Assembly (NCBI GenBank): GCA_038212275.1
Contig: JBBQUR010000002.1
Span: forward strand, 32,001-96,000
Direction: 5' to 3'
DNA length: 64,000 nt
From: Planctomycetota bacterium
GTDB lineage: Bacteria; Planctomycetota; B15-G4
Shown in pieces: positions 47,109 to 59,028 of this stretch. The notes below the pieces were generated by a model, which was not told the DNA's origin, did no database searches, and saw only the letters and a program-made list of their open reading frames with translations. Each line of letters starts with the position of its first letter. The first letter of the stretch is position 1. Both the position numbers and the translations under genes were made by a program.

Positions 47109-47169
47109 GGCACGTCGTCGTGTCACCAGCACCCGTGGACCAGCGGGTGCCTGTCTCCTGAGGGAGGAG

Positions 47170-48819
47170 ATGGAGGGCAGGTTCTTGGACGTCAGTCATT
47201 TCTCAGCGCGCTTGATTGCCATGCCGGGAGCGGCATGTCTCGAGCACCTGGGGCCATTCGACCCGCGCGAGGACGCGCATGTGGACGAGGCCGCGCGATT
47301 CCTGCTGGATCGCTTCCGGCAGCACAGCGACTTGGAGGCCTTCACGCTCCTTTTCGAGCTGACCCACTCCAGGCTGGCCAGTTCGGCGGATCGCATCACC
47401 CGCAAGCTGGCCCCCGCGGTGCAGGCGGACGACCTGGCGGCGGCCTTCATGGCCCGCCTCTTCGCCGACGTCCGGCACAAGTCCAGCGAGCCGGTGCGCC
47501 ACTTCCTCGCGCTGGCCCACACGTCGATGCGGAACGACCTGCTCGACCAGCTCCGGCAGCACAAGCGCGCCGCTGCCAACGGCCGCGGCTACCACTCCAC
47601 GCTCCGCGCCCCGGCCGATCCAGCCGAAGAGCTCGCCTCGATGGAGGAGGAGCACCTGCTCCTCGGGTTCGGACGCGCGGTCCTCAGGCTCACGGCCGAG
47701 TGCTTCCAGGAGCTCGACCCGCGCGATCAGCAGGTGCTCGTGGCGCGCGAGATCGTGCGCCTGCCGTATGACCGCGTGGCCAGCATGCTCCAGCTTTCTA
47801 CTGATCAAGTGGGCATGATCATTCGCAGAGCGCGCATGCACCTGGTCAATCGCATCGTAGCCCGCATGCCCGAGGCGGCAGCCAGCGCGGACGTGCCCTT
47901 CGACGCCGGTCAGCTCCAGTCGCTGCGCGACATGGTGGTCAGCAATCTGGGCAGCAAGGAAAGCACGCGGCACGTGCAGGCGCTCATGCAGCGCATGCTC
48001 GACCTTTCCGCGGAGGCCGGCCGCCGCAAGCTGGCCGACCTGATCTACGAAATGGCCAAGGCCTGCCTCGTGGTGGCTCCGGGCTTCACCACCCGCACGC
48101 TGATCGCCGCCGAACCGCGCCGCAGCGGCGTGGTGGGAGGCGACCTGCGCCAGATGGCAAGCCGGCTGGCGGGCGTGGCCGGTGCACCCGACGTCGCGCG
48201 CCTCGCCGACACGCAGCCCGAACCCGGCACCGCGCTCGACGACGCGCACGCCTGCCTCACCAAGCTGGCCGAGATCGAGGGCACGTCGGGCCGGCAGCAG
48301 GTCGCACTGGCCCTCGCACACATCCACGGCGGCAAGCCGACCGACGCGGAAGGCATCCTGCGCCCGCTGCTCGATCGCGAACTTCCGGCCCGCACGCGCC
48401 AGAACGTCTCGCGCAACCTCACGCTGGCCCTGCTGCGCCAGAACCGGCACGCCGACGCGCTGGCCACCGCGGAAAGCGCTGCCAGCGAATGGCCTGAAGA
48501 TCCGGTGCGCGTAATGAACCTCTGCTACGCCTCTGCCCGCCTGGGCGATGCGTCGCGCTTTGCCCGGTACGCGGCCGACCTCACGACGTTGTACCGGCAC
48601 ACCCCCAGCGATCGTGTGCGCGCCTGGCTCGACACCGAGTTGCCGAGCCTCGCCGCCGAGGTGGGCCTCAGCCACCTGCTTCCCGACGTGCCCTCGCCGG
48701 TCCCGCCCGAGGCGGAACCGCCCGAGACAGAGACGTTCCGCGCCGCCTTCACCACGGCGCGCTCGTCCGCAGCCTCCTCAGCCACCGTCCTGCCCGATCC
48801 CGGTCACAGGGACCTCTGA
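47170..48819 (+). CDS. ECF-like sigma-70 factor with a long C-terminal TPR-like extension
   Basis: AGGGAGG RBS; sigma2 DLEAFTLLF...DDL...MRNDLLDQLRQHKR; sigma4 LDPRDQQVLVAREI..LPYDRVA..L...QVGMIIRRAR; helical TPR-like tail. Confidence 0.8.
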   Translation: MEGRFLDVSHFSARLIAMPGAACLEHLGPFDPREDAHVDEAARFLLDRFRQHSDLEAFTLLFELTHSRLASSADRITRKLAPAVQADDLAAAFMARLFADVRHKSSEPVRHFLALAHTSMRNDLLDQLRQHKRAAANGRGYHSTLRAPADPAEELASMEEEHLLLGFGRAVLRLTAECFQELDPRDQQVLVAREIVRLPYDRVASMLQLSTDQVGMIIRRARMHLVNRIVARMPEAAASADVPFDAGQLQSLRDMVVSNLGSKESTRHVQALMQRMLDLSAEAGRRKLADLIYEMAKACLVVAPGFTTRTLIAAEPRRSGVVGGDLRQMASRLAGVAGAPDVARLADTQPEPGTALDDAHACLTKLAEIEGTSGRQQVALALAHIHGGKPTDAEGILRPLLDRELPARTRQNVSRNLTLALLRQNRHADALATAESAASEWPEDPVRVMNLCYASARLGDASRFARYAADLTTLYRHTPSDRVRAWLDTELPSLAAEVGLSHLLPDVPSPVPPEAEPPETETFRAAFTTARSSAASSATVLPDPGHRDL

Positions 48820-48820
48820 C

Positions 48821-49465
48821 ATGAAGCCCTCATCCAAGCACCTGCTGAGCCGTACCGCACTCGCCTTGCTCACACTGTTGGGCGGCGCACCTTCGGCCTC
48901 GCTGTCCGCGATGGCTGGCGTGTCCGAACGGCCCGGCCGCCCGGCGCAGCTCGGCAACGACGGCGTCGGCGGCATCGAGAAGACCGGCGGCGTCGGCCCC
49001 GCGGGCAGCGGCCCCGGGGGCAAGGTCGGCCCCGGCGGCACCGGTGGTTTCCTCCCCGGCGGCCCTGTCGGTTCGACCAGCTCGGCCAGCCCCTCGGCCT
49101 GGCACGACCTTGGCGAAGCCCTCGGCACCACGGCCGTGCTCCCCACACTCGAGGGTTCGGGCACCGGCGAGGCGGGGACGCTGGTGGTCCTGTCGCTCTC
49201 CGACGCCAGGCCCGGCGCGGTAGCTGCCCTGGTCATCGGAATCTCCACGCTGAACGCCCCGTTCAAGGGCGGGACGCTGGTTCCCACGCCGATGCTCATC
49301 ATTCCCGGCCTGCCGGTGAACGGCGCGGGGACGCTCGATCTTCCCGCATTGCTCCCCGCGTCGGTGCCGTCGGGCCTCTCGCTCTGCATGCAGATGTGGA
49401 TGACCGACACGTCGGCCGCGAAGGGTTTTGCGGCAAGCAACGCGCTGGAGCTGCTCGTCCCCTGA
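48821..49465 (+). CDS. Small secreted Gly/Pro-rich protein consisting mostly of the shared C-terminal module
   Basis: Signal peptide, ~60-aa Gly-rich linker, SAWHDLGEALG...PFKGGTLVP...SNALELLVP. Confidence 0.82.
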   Translation: MKPSSKHLLSRTALALLTLLGGAPSASLSAMAGVSERPGRPAQLGNDGVGGIEKTGGVGPAGSGPGGKVGPGGTGGFLPGGPVGSTSSASPSAWHDLGEALGTTAVLPTLEGSGTGEAGTLVVLSLSDARPGAVAALVIGISTLNAPFKGGTLVPTPMLIIPGLPVNGAGTLDLPALLPASVPSGLSLCMQMWMTDTSAAKGFAASNALELLVP

Positions 49466-50428
49466 GCCCTCCCCTGAGCCCTCCCCGGAGCCCTCCCCTG
49501 ACCGGCCCCTAGACCGAAGCCGGCACCGAGGCCGGCACCGAAGCGGGCAAGCCTGCGCGGCGTCGGGTCAGCTCGGTGGCGTCGGTGCTCGCCCGACACG
49601 GGTGCCGGTCGGTAAGCTCCCTCACGGGCAGTTCGGACGCAGGGCGGTCAGGCGCACGGGAGCGCCCCGGCCGTCGGCGGAAGATGAGCAGGGAGTGCGC
49701 TTGGACAAGCCGGCGGACGACACCGACTTCCTCGTGCGCAACATCCGGCGCGTCTGCGGGCAGCCGGATCTCGTGCTGCCCGAGCCCTTCGATCCGCGCG
49801 ACGACCGCCACGTGGATCTCGCGGCCTGCGTGCTGCTGCACCATTTCCGCGAGCACGACAGCGCCGATGCCTTCACCGTGCTGGTGCAGCTCAGCCAGAT
49901 GCGCACGTCCGCCATCGCACGGCGCATCACCCGACAGCTCGGCCTCGCGGTGGATCCCGACGACCTCGTCGCCACTTTCTTCGCCAACCTGTTCGTGGAC
50001 CTGGTCAAGGACCAGCCGCTGGTGCACCGATTCCTCGGCTTCGCCCACACCGCGATGCGGCACGAGGCGCTCAATCAGCTCCGCCAGTTCCGGCGCGCGC
50101 AGGCCCGGCACATCATCTGGGGGCAGCGCTTCCTGGGCGGCTCGGCCGACCCGTCGACCGTCATCGCGGAGCGCGAGGAATGCGAACTGCTCGAGCGCAG
50201 CGGCACGACCTTCCTGCTCGTGGTGAATCAGTGCTTCCACGAGTTGTCCGAGCGTGACCGGCGCGTGCTGCTCGCGCGCGAAGCCGACGGCCTTTCCTAT
50301 GACGACATCGCCGTCCGGCTGGACCTGCCGCGCAACCAGGTCGGCATGATCCTGAAGCGCGCGCGCACGCGCCTGGCAGGGCGCATCGACGACAGCTTCG
50401 CGCGCCTGACCGAGGCGAGGGCCGCCGC

Positions 50429-52035
<1,607 letters not shown>

Positions 52036-52042
<7 letters not shown>

Positions 52043-53172
52043 GATCCGGCCAGCTCTCCGCTCGAGGTGCCCGTCGCGCGGCGATCGAGCGCGGCGGCCG
52101 CACGGTTGCCGACGCCAGACGCAACCGCCTCGCGTGCGCTGGCCTGGCCGTCGGACGCAAGACCTGTCCCGGCCACGTGCGGCGCGGCGTCCGCAGCCAC
52201 CAGGGCCTGCTGCAGCGGCACGAACCACTCCGGGTAGCGACGCGCCGTGAGCGCCAGCGCCGAGGACACGCGCTCCGCGCCGCGCGCACCGATGGGGCCG
52301 AGCGGCGCGCGCACGCCCGCATCGCACGCGCCGAGCTGCGAGAGCGCGGCCTTCAGCGGGACGGGATTCCTGCTGCGCTGCGGCACGGTGCGCCGTTCGC
52401 CGCGCACGGGCAGGTCTTCCTCGGTCGTGATGCTGGCGAGCCCGAAGAGCAGCGACAGGGCGTCGTGCAGCTCGCGTGCCGCCGCGGCGCGTCCCGCGCG
52501 TGCGGCGTCGTACAGCGCACGCATGGCCGCCGGCGCAAGATTCGTCGTCGAGGCGACGGCGCCGTCGGCGCGGATGTGCGGGTCGAGCAGCGCGTCGCGC
52601 AGCATGAGGTCGTCGCCGCACAGGATGGCGAAGTGCTCGCCGCACAGCTCGCGCACGCGGCCCATCCGCGCGAGCCGTCCCGTCGCGTCCTTCACGCCGA
52701 CGACGTTCGGGCAGTCCTCGGCCAGGCGCGCGAGGTCGTCGGGCAGCAGCTCGGTGCCCGTGCGCGAGGGCACGGCGCAGGGGAAGAGCCGCGACTCGGG
52801 CAGCGCGCGCGCCACGGGTTCGTGCCACTGCGTGCGCAGCGCAGAACTGCTCGCGCCGCTGTACGGAGCATCCGTGAGCAGCAGGTTCCGCACGCCGCGC
52901 GAGCAGGCCTGCCGGGCGCGTGCCAGGACGGTGGACAGCGTCCCCTCGCCGAGCGCCACCATGACCTGCTCGGGGCGCGCCACGCCGAGCACCGCGTCGA
53001 GCAGTCGCTCGCGCTCGTCGTCGTGCAGCGCGCTGCCTTCTCCCGCGATGCCGAACAGCAGCACCGCATCGCAACCGTGCGCCAGCTGGAAGCGCGCGAA
53101 CGACGCGGCAGCCGGCAGGTCCGGCGCGCCATCGCCCGCTCGAAAGGGCGTCACAAGCGCAGACACCAGCAT
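52036..53172 (-). CDS. DapA/dihydrodipicolinate synthase-family protein with non-canonical active-site residues
   Basis: ALVTPF, GIAGE, PSRTG, VGVKDATG (Schiff-base Lys), CGDD, NPVPLK. Confidence 0.85.
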
Positions 53173-53220
53173 GATCGTCGACTCCCGCAGGCCACCACAG
53201 CCGCGCGACACTCTATCAGC

Positions 53221-53343
53221 CGACCTCGCGGCCGTGCGAGACGGCCTCGCGGCCGTGCGAGACGACCTCGCGGCCGTGCGAGACGACCTCGCGGCCGTGC
53301 GAGACGACCTCGCGGCCGTGCGAGACGGCCTCGCGGCCGTGCG
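53221..53343. repeat. Tandem repeat, 21-nt unit CG(A/G)CCTCGCGGCCGTGCGAGA, about 6 copies
   Basis: Read directly; no spacers; lies between divergent genes. Confidence 0.92.
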
Positions 53344-53447
53344 CGGCGCCGGCGCGGCTGGCGTGCCGCGACGGCGGTGGTGCAGAATGCGCCTGCTCCT
53401 CGACTCGCACCGATCCCGTGGTCGGCCGCCCTCATGAGATGCCCGCC

Positions 53448-54296
53448 ATGCGTTGCCACCTCGTCGTCGCCCTCGCGCTCCCACTGCTGGCCTTGCCGCT
53501 GCTGGCCACGGGTTGCGCGCAGCTCCAGAACATGCTCGGCAGGCCGAGCGCCAGCGTCGACAAGGTCTCGCTCAAGGACCTGGACCTGGCGGGCGTCGAC
53601 ATGCTCTTCGACGTGTCGGTGACCAACCCGTACGCGGTGGCGCTGCCGATGTTCGGCCTCGACTACGACATCCGCCATGCCGACACCAGCGTGCTGCGCG
53701 GCAACCTCGATGCGGACGGCATGATCCCGGCCCACGGCACGCGCACGGTGCCGGTGCCGGTGCGCCTCGACTTCGCGTCGCTGCTCGCGCTCGCGAACGA
53801 CATCACGCCCGGCAGCGTCGTGGAGTACGTGGCCGACATCGGCATCACCGTGGACGCCCCCGGCTTCGGCAACATGCGCCTCCCCATGGAGCACTCGGGC
53901 AGCTTCCCGGTGCCGGCCGTGCCCGAGGTCGCGCTCAACTCCGTGCACTGGGACAAGCTCTCGCTGACCGAGGCTGCGGCCGTGCTCGACATCGGCATCC
54001 GCAACACCAACGCCTTCGCGGTGGACCTGTCGCACCTCGCTTACGACCTCAAGCTGGGCGGCACCTCCGTCGCGTCCACGGGCGTAGACCAGGCGCTCTC
54101 TCTTGCCGCGGGCGCACCCGGCGCGCTGAAGCTCAAGCTCTCGCTGAAACCCGCCGACCTCGGCATGGCAGCCTTCAACATGCTGACCGGCAGCAGCTCG
54201 ACCTACGAACTCGGCGGCCGCATGACGCTGGGCACGGCCTTCGGCCCGCTCGACCTGCCCTTCAGCCGGCAGGGCAACGTGCCGTTCAGCAGGTAG
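53448..54296 (+). CDS. LEA type 2 / WHy double-domain lipoprotein
   Basis: Lipobox LATGC; VSVTNPY and IRNTNAF WHy motifs. Confidence 0.85.
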   Translation: MRCHLVVALALPLLALPLLATGCAQLQNMLGRPSASVDKVSLKDLDLAGVDMLFDVSVTNPYAVALPMFGLDYDIRHADTSVLRGNLDADGMIPAHGTRTVPVPVRLDFASLLALANDITPGSVVEYVADIGITVDAPGFGNMRLPMEHSGSFPVPAVPEVALNSVHWDKLSLTEAAAVLDIGIRNTNAFAVDLSHLAYDLKLGGTSVASTGVDQALSLAAGAPGALKLKLSLKPADLGMAAFNMLTGSSSTYELGGRMTLGTAFGPLDLPFSRQGNVPFSR

Positions 54297-54305
54297 ACGG
54301 TCCGT

Positions 54306-54878
54306 TCAGCGCCTCGCGACGGCCTCGCGCACGGGCACGAGCAGCATCGTCAGTTCGTGCGGTGTGCCGGCGGCCGACGACTTGCTGCGGATGAAGATCT
54401 CCGAGATGGCGTCGAGGTGCGCGCGCACCTCCGCGTGGCTGGCCGCGTCGAGACGACTGTGCAGACGCGCGACCACGGGAGCGGTTGCTGCCTGCTCGAC
54501 GCCCGGGTCGCGGCCGATCGCGCGGCGCAGGTTTGTCTCGGCGTCGCGAAGCATGTCCAGGCTCGTGCGGATGACAGCTTCCGCGCCGGCGCCGGCCTCA
54601 TCCTCCACCGCAAAGGTCAGGCCCTGAGCCGAGAGCGCCAGCACGACTTCCTCGCGCCGCCCCGCCGGCCGCGTCCCGACTCGCTCGAGCACGCCCACTT
54701 CGAGCAGGCGCCGCACGTGGTAGTAGAGGGAGTCCGCCGAGCGGCGCATGTAGCTGGAAAGTTCCCCGACGGTGCAGCGCTCGTGCGACTGCATGTGCCG
54801 GATGATTTCCATGCGCACCGGAGAGGCGACGGCCTCGACTTCGTCACGGGTGGTCAGGGAGAGACGCTTGGTGGTCAT
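54306..54878 (-). CDS. ArsR-like winged-helix transcription regulator
   Basis: ASPVRMEII...TVGELS...SLYYHVRRLLEVG. Confidence 0.8.
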   Translation of the reverse strand: MTTKRLSLTTRDEVEAVASPVRMEIIRHMQSHERCTVGELSSYMRRSADSLYYHVRRLLEVGVLERVGTRPAGRREEVVLALSAQGLTFAVEDEAGAGAEAVIRTSLDMLRDAETNLRRAIGRDPGVEQAATAPVVARLHSRLDAASHAEVRAHLDAISEIFIRSKSSAAGTPHELTMLLVPVREAVARR

Positions 54879-55110
54879 GGCGCAGAGTCTCGTGGGTTGA
54901 AAAGAACGGCGCCCCCGACGCGGGGCCGGAGGAACCGGGAACCACGGGCGCGGCGTGGAGAGTCCGCACGAGCTCCGGAATGCGCGACCGTTATCACGGC
55001 CACGCATCGAGGCAACGTAGCCGCCGTCGCGCCGGGCAAGTGGAGGCCAATCGGTGGCGAAACGGGCTCGGGGCAGCAGCGCCTCCGGTTCCGGAGGCGC
55101 GGTCACGCAC

Positions 55111-56637
55111 TCACGGCGTCACACCCTGCAGCGCATGGCTGAGCGCGAAGCCCTTCACGCCGGACGCATCCGCCACCACGGCCTGCACGAACAGATCGGT
55201 GCCCGAGGGCACTCCGGCCGGGAAGGCGCCGGCGACGGCGAGGCCACCCGCGCCGCTTGTCGCGAGCACGATGACGACGTCCGTCTGCGGGACCAGCGTG
55301 CCGCCCTTGAAGGGGGCGTTGATCGTCGTGAGGCCGAAGACCACCGCAGCCGCGGCGCCGTTCGCTGCGCCGGACAGCGTGATCGACACCGGCGAACCGG
55401 CCTGCAGCGTGCCCGCACCGGCGAGCGACGGAATGCCCGCGACGCCGGCGAGACCGCCACCGAGGTTCGTGAAGGCACTCCCCTCGTTCAGGTTGATCAG
55501 CAGCGAGACGCTGGCGCTGCCGGTGTTCGCCGCCACGAGGTCGAGGCTCCCGTTGCCGTCGAGATCGGCCGCGGTCACGAAGGACGCCTGGCTGCCCGTC
55601 GCGAAGGGCGTGGCCGTGCCGAAGCTCCCCGTGCCGCCGTTGGCGAGCACCGAGACGTTGGCGCTGTCCTGATTCGCGGTGGCGACGTCGAGATCGCCGT
55701 CGAGATCCCAATCGCCCGCCACGATGGAGACGGGGCTGACTCCCCCGGTCGCAAAGCTCACGGGTCCGGCAAAGGCGCCCGCTCCGAGGCCCGCGCCGAC
55801 GTTCAGGAAGCGTGCGACGACGTTCAGGCCGTTGCCCGAGGCCGCCACCGCGAGGTCGGTGTCACCGTCCGCATCGAGGTCCGCGGCGACGATGCCGTCC
55901 GGCCGGAGTTGCGCGCCCAGCGAGACCGTGCCTGCCGCGCTGAAGGCCCCTGCGCCGTTGTTCGCGAACAGGTCGAGGCGGCGGTCATCGTGCGCCGTCG
56001 CCACGAGGTCGAGGTCGCCGTCGCCGTTCAGGTCACCCACGTTCACGTCGCGCACGTCCTGGCCGGTGGCGAGCGTGGTCGCGGTGAAGCTGGCCGCGCC
56101 GGCATTCAGCAGCACCGTGACGCTGTTGCCCGAGCGGTTGCCGCTGACGAGGTCCGGCAGCCCGCCGTTGAAGTCGGCCACGCGCAACGCGCGCGGCTCG
56201 GCGCCGGTGGCGAACAGGCCGCCGAGGCTGAACGCGCCTGCGCCGTTGTTGAGCAGCACGCGCACCGCGTCGGCATTCTGCAGCGAGACGGCGACGTCGA
56301 TGTCGCCGTCGCCATCCAGATCCGCTGCCACCGCGGTGTGCGGCCCGGTGTTGGCACCGGTCGCGACGGACACGGCGCCACCGAAGCCGGCCTTGCCATT
56401 GTTGAAGAGAAAGACGACGCGGTCGGGCGCATCGACGGGCACGGCGAGATCCGCATCGCCGTCGCCGTCCCAGTCGCCGATGGCGACGGAGTCCGGTGAG
56501 GCGCCGACGGGCAGCGCAAGAGCCGTCGCGAATTGCGCGGCCGCCGCACCGGAGAGCGCAACGAGCGTGGCGCCCGCCGCGAGAAGGGACGTGGCGCGCG
56601 CGCCGCGGAAAGACTGGAGAGAACGCGTGAAGAACAT
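55111..56637 (-). CDS. Secreted FG-GAP repeat protein (about 7 repeats) with the shared C-terminal module
   Basis: GAGG RBS; signal AAA-Q; xDLDGDGDxDxA repeats; AFTNLGGGLAG...PFKGGTLVP...SHALQGVTP. Confidence 0.9.
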   Translation of the reverse strand: MFFTRSLQSFRGARATSLLAAGATLVALSGAAAAQFATALALPVGASPDSVAIGDWDGDGDADLAVPVDAPDRVVFLFNNGKAGFGGAVSVATGANTGPHTAVAADLDGDGDIDVAVSLQNADAVRVLLNNGAGAFSLGGLFATGAEPRALRVADFNGGLPDLVSGNRSGNSVTVLLNAGAASFTATTLATGQDVRDVNVGDLNGDGDLDLVATAHDDRRLDLFANNGAGAFSAAGTVSLGAQLRPDGIVAADLDADGDTDLAVAASGNGLNVVARFLNVGAGLGAGAFAGPVSFATGGVSPVSIVAGDWDLDGDLDVATANQDSANVSVLANGGTGSFGTATPFATGSQASFVTAADLDGNGSLDLVAANTGSASVSLLINLNEGSAFTNLGGGLAGVAGIPSLAGAGTLQAGSPVSITLSGAANGAAAAVVFGLTTINAPFKGGTLVPQTDVVIVLATSGAGGLAVAGAFPAGVPSGTDLFVQAVVADASGVKGFALSHALQGVTP

Positions 56638-56712
56638 GGGCAACCTCTTCGTGTGAAAAGCGGATCAGCAGGGAACGGCGCGAGTCACGTCGACTCGCGT
56701 GAGCCACGACAG

Positions 56713-56728
56713 AGCGAAGTGCATGCCA
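56713..56728 (-). promoter_or_regulatory. Sigma54 (-24/-12) promoter candidate for the FG-GAP gene
   Basis: TGGCATG-CACT-TCGCT against consensus TGGCACG-N4-TTGCW. Confidence 0.55.
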
Positions 56729-56876
56729 GTGCGCGCGGCCTGCGCGCGGCCTGCGCGCGACTGGCGCGCGACTGGCGCACGGCGTCGCGTCGCTCGCGTG
56801 TCGCGATTCCGGACACGCATGTCCAGCACGCCCGACACGAACGACCTGCGGATGGCATGGCGACGGCGCCGACACG

Positions 56877-56911
56877 AAAAAGAAGGAGGCCGCCCTTGCG
56901 GGCGACCTCCT
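56877..56911 (-). terminator. Rho-independent terminator downstream of the 57024-58604 gene
   Basis: AGGAGGUCGCCC-GCAA-GGGCGGCCUCCU stem with GNRA loop, followed by UCUUUUU. Confidence 0.8.
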
Positions 56912-57023
56912 CCTGCCGAAGCGTGGTGTCAGCGATGTGATCGCTGCAGCGCAGGCGACCGCTTGAGGGCGGAGTGCCGAGGGGGGCGGCCCCTCCGCTG
57001 CGCCGTCGTCGCGCAGCCCGCGC

Positions 57024-58604
57024 TCACGGCACGTCGATCACGGCCTGCAGCACGACGACGTCGCTGCTGTCGGTGAGCTGCACGAGCGCACCGACCGGGT
57101 CGAAGTCGAGCAGCAGCTTGCTGCCCTTGGCGACGGTGGCGAAGGTCAGCTTGCCCTTTCCCGATGATGGCTTCGGGGACACGGTGAGCACGGACGTGCT
57201 GGGCACGCTGTTCACCACGACGCCGTAGTCGCCGGCCGGAAGATCCTTCACCTGGATCTGCAGCTCCTGTTCGCCGTTGCCCTTGAGCTTCCAGCTCAGC
57301 GTGCCTGTCGCGTCCAGGTCCGCACCGGCGTTGATCAGGTTGACGTTCACCTTGTTGGACTTGAACGTCTCCTTCTTGTACTTGCCCAGCGCCGACTGCA
57401 CGGACGTCGGGAAGACCGTGCTGAGGATCACGTCCGCGCCGGACTTCACCTCGATGAGCTGGCCCTTCACCTCGAAGGTGAGCAGCATCACGCCGCCGCG
57501 CGGCGACGTGCTGTAGTTGAGTTGCGCGTGCCCCGTGGAGTCCGCGGACAGCGTGCCCACCGGAGTGCCGTTCACGGACAGCGGGTAGTCGCCCGCGGGA
57601 ACGTTCTCGATCTCGACCTCGAACTCGGTCTCACCGGTCTGCGTCAGCTTGGCCTTGCCGCTGGCGCCGGCCTGCACGCCGCTGTTCGCGAGGAAGACGA
57701 GCAGCTCGTCGCCCTTCGTCTTGCCCAGATCCTTCGCGCCCTGGCTGCCCTTGTTCGGAGCCTTCGTGCCGGTGGACGTGTCCGAGCCGGACAGCACGCC
57801 GGTCAGGTAGGTGGTGCCGTCGAGCTCGACGTCGATCTGCGCGCCGAGCGGATCGAAGTTGAGCAGCGTCTTGCCGGCCTCGACGGGGTTCTGGAATTCC
57901 AGCACCACCGACGCGGAGCTGACGGTGGTGATCTGCGCCACGGGCGTGCCGGCGACGAGCAGCGTGTACGTGCCCGCGTCCAGCTTCTCGACCTCGATCG
58001 CGAACTTGGTCTTGTTGCTCTTGATCTCGTACTTGAGCTTGCCCTGCGCGTTGATGTCGGGGCCGACGTTGACCATGTACACCTCCGTCTTGGTCTTGTC
58101 GCCGCTGTTGTTCCCGCTGCCGCCGCTGCCCCCGTTGCCACCGCTGCCGTTCGCGCTGAAGGTGTCGGTGAAGAAGATCGTCGCGCCCTGGCGCACCTCG
58201 ACAACCTGGTCGAAGACCTCGAAGTCGAAGAGCGGCTTGGGGCTGTCCAGCGGCGCCTTGAACTCGATCTCGCCCTGGCCGGTGCCGCCCACTGAGATGC
58301 TGCCCTTGGACAGATCGAGGTCGGTGACGTACAGCTCGTAGCTGCCGGCATCCATGTGCTCGAGTTCGACGCTGAAGTCGAGCGAGCCATCGCCCTTGTC
58401 GCGCCAACGGGCGCGCGCCGTGCCGTTGCCGTCGGCGCCGGTGCTGGCCAGGAACTGGAGCACTTCCTGGCCGTCATTGCCGCCGCTCTTGGCGGACGCG
58501 TCGCCTGGCAGGAAGCCCGCGACCAGGGCGAGGGTGAGGGCGGAGCCGAACAGAGCCAGAGGACCGTGACGGCCGGAAGACGTGGATTTCGTAGTGGAGT
58601 TCAT
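57024..58604 (-). CDS. Secreted protein with four ~115-aa beta-rich repeats
   Basis: Signal ASA-K; four units LxxxGxDxxAxG...FxVExExxxAGxYxLxV...LLxF(D/E)xxGxxIxV. Confidence 0.82.
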   Translation of the reverse strand: MNSTTKSTSSGRHGPLALFGSALTLALVAGFLPGDASAKSGGNDGQEVLQFLASTGADGNGTARARWRDKGDGSLDFSVELEHMDAGSYELYVTDLDLSKGSISVGGTGQGEIEFKAPLDSPKPLFDFEVFDQVVEVRQGATIFFTDTFSANGSGGNGGSGGSGNNSGDKTKTEVYMVNVGPDINAQGKLKYEIKSNKTKFAIEVEKLDAGTYTLLVAGTPVAQITTVSSASVVLEFQNPVEAGKTLLNFDPLGAQIDVELDGTTYLTGVLSGSDTSTGTKAPNKGSQGAKDLGKTKGDELLVFLANSGVQAGASGKAKLTQTGETEFEVEIENVPAGDYPLSVNGTPVGTLSADSTGHAQLNYSTSPRGGVMLLTFEVKGQLIEVKSGADVILSTVFPTSVQSALGKYKKETFKSNKVNVNLINAGADLDATGTLSWKLKGNGEQELQIQVKDLPAGDYGVVVNSVPSTSVLTVSPKPSSGKGKLTFATVAKGSKLLLDFDPVGALVQLTDSSDVVVLQAVIDVP

Positions 58605-58726
58605 GGGAGTCGGATTCCGGGAGGTATTCGATCGGGAGGAAGAAGCAGAGGAGGGACCGAGAGTGATTGCCAGACAAAGGCACAGCCGTTCCTGGAGTTC
58701 AGCTCGCGGCCGGGAGGGCAAACACA

Positions 58727-58741
58727 ACAAGCGCCATGCCA
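58727..58741 (-). promoter_or_regulatory. Sigma54 promoter candidate for the four-repeat gene
   Basis: TGGCATG-GCGC-TTGT (one deviation at -12). Confidence 0.5.
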
Positions 58742-58914
58742 AACCAGGAAACCGGCCCGCGATGGCGTTTCCGGACCTCGGTCCGCACGAGCCGGGCCGG
58801 TCCAGGTCCCAAATGACCAGATTGTGGATGGCGCGTCCGGATCATGGGCAGCACCGCGACCGCCCGCTCGGACCGAGGGACCGCGAGACAACCCAGGACT
58901 CGCCTGTCACGGCC

Positions 58915-58930
58915 CGGCACGGCCCTTGCT
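58915..58930 (+). promoter_or_regulatory. Sigma54 promoter candidate for the 59029 gene
   Basis: CGGCACG-GCCC-TTGCT, near-consensus. Confidence 0.65.
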
Positions 58931-59028
58931 ACTTCAGGCGCAGTAGACTCTCTGTCCCTCGAGTCGCGCGATTCCGGATGACACTGCTCAGCATGCTCGA
59001 CACCTTGAAGCCTCGCCTTGTCCTGCGG

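Noticed and set aside
46920..47169. Replication origin
   Set aside because: Only two consensus boxes, no clear AT-rich unwinding element, and no dnaA/dnaN/gidA nearby.
53221..53343. CRISPR array
   Set aside because: Units are contiguous with no unique spacers, and there are no cas genes in the window.
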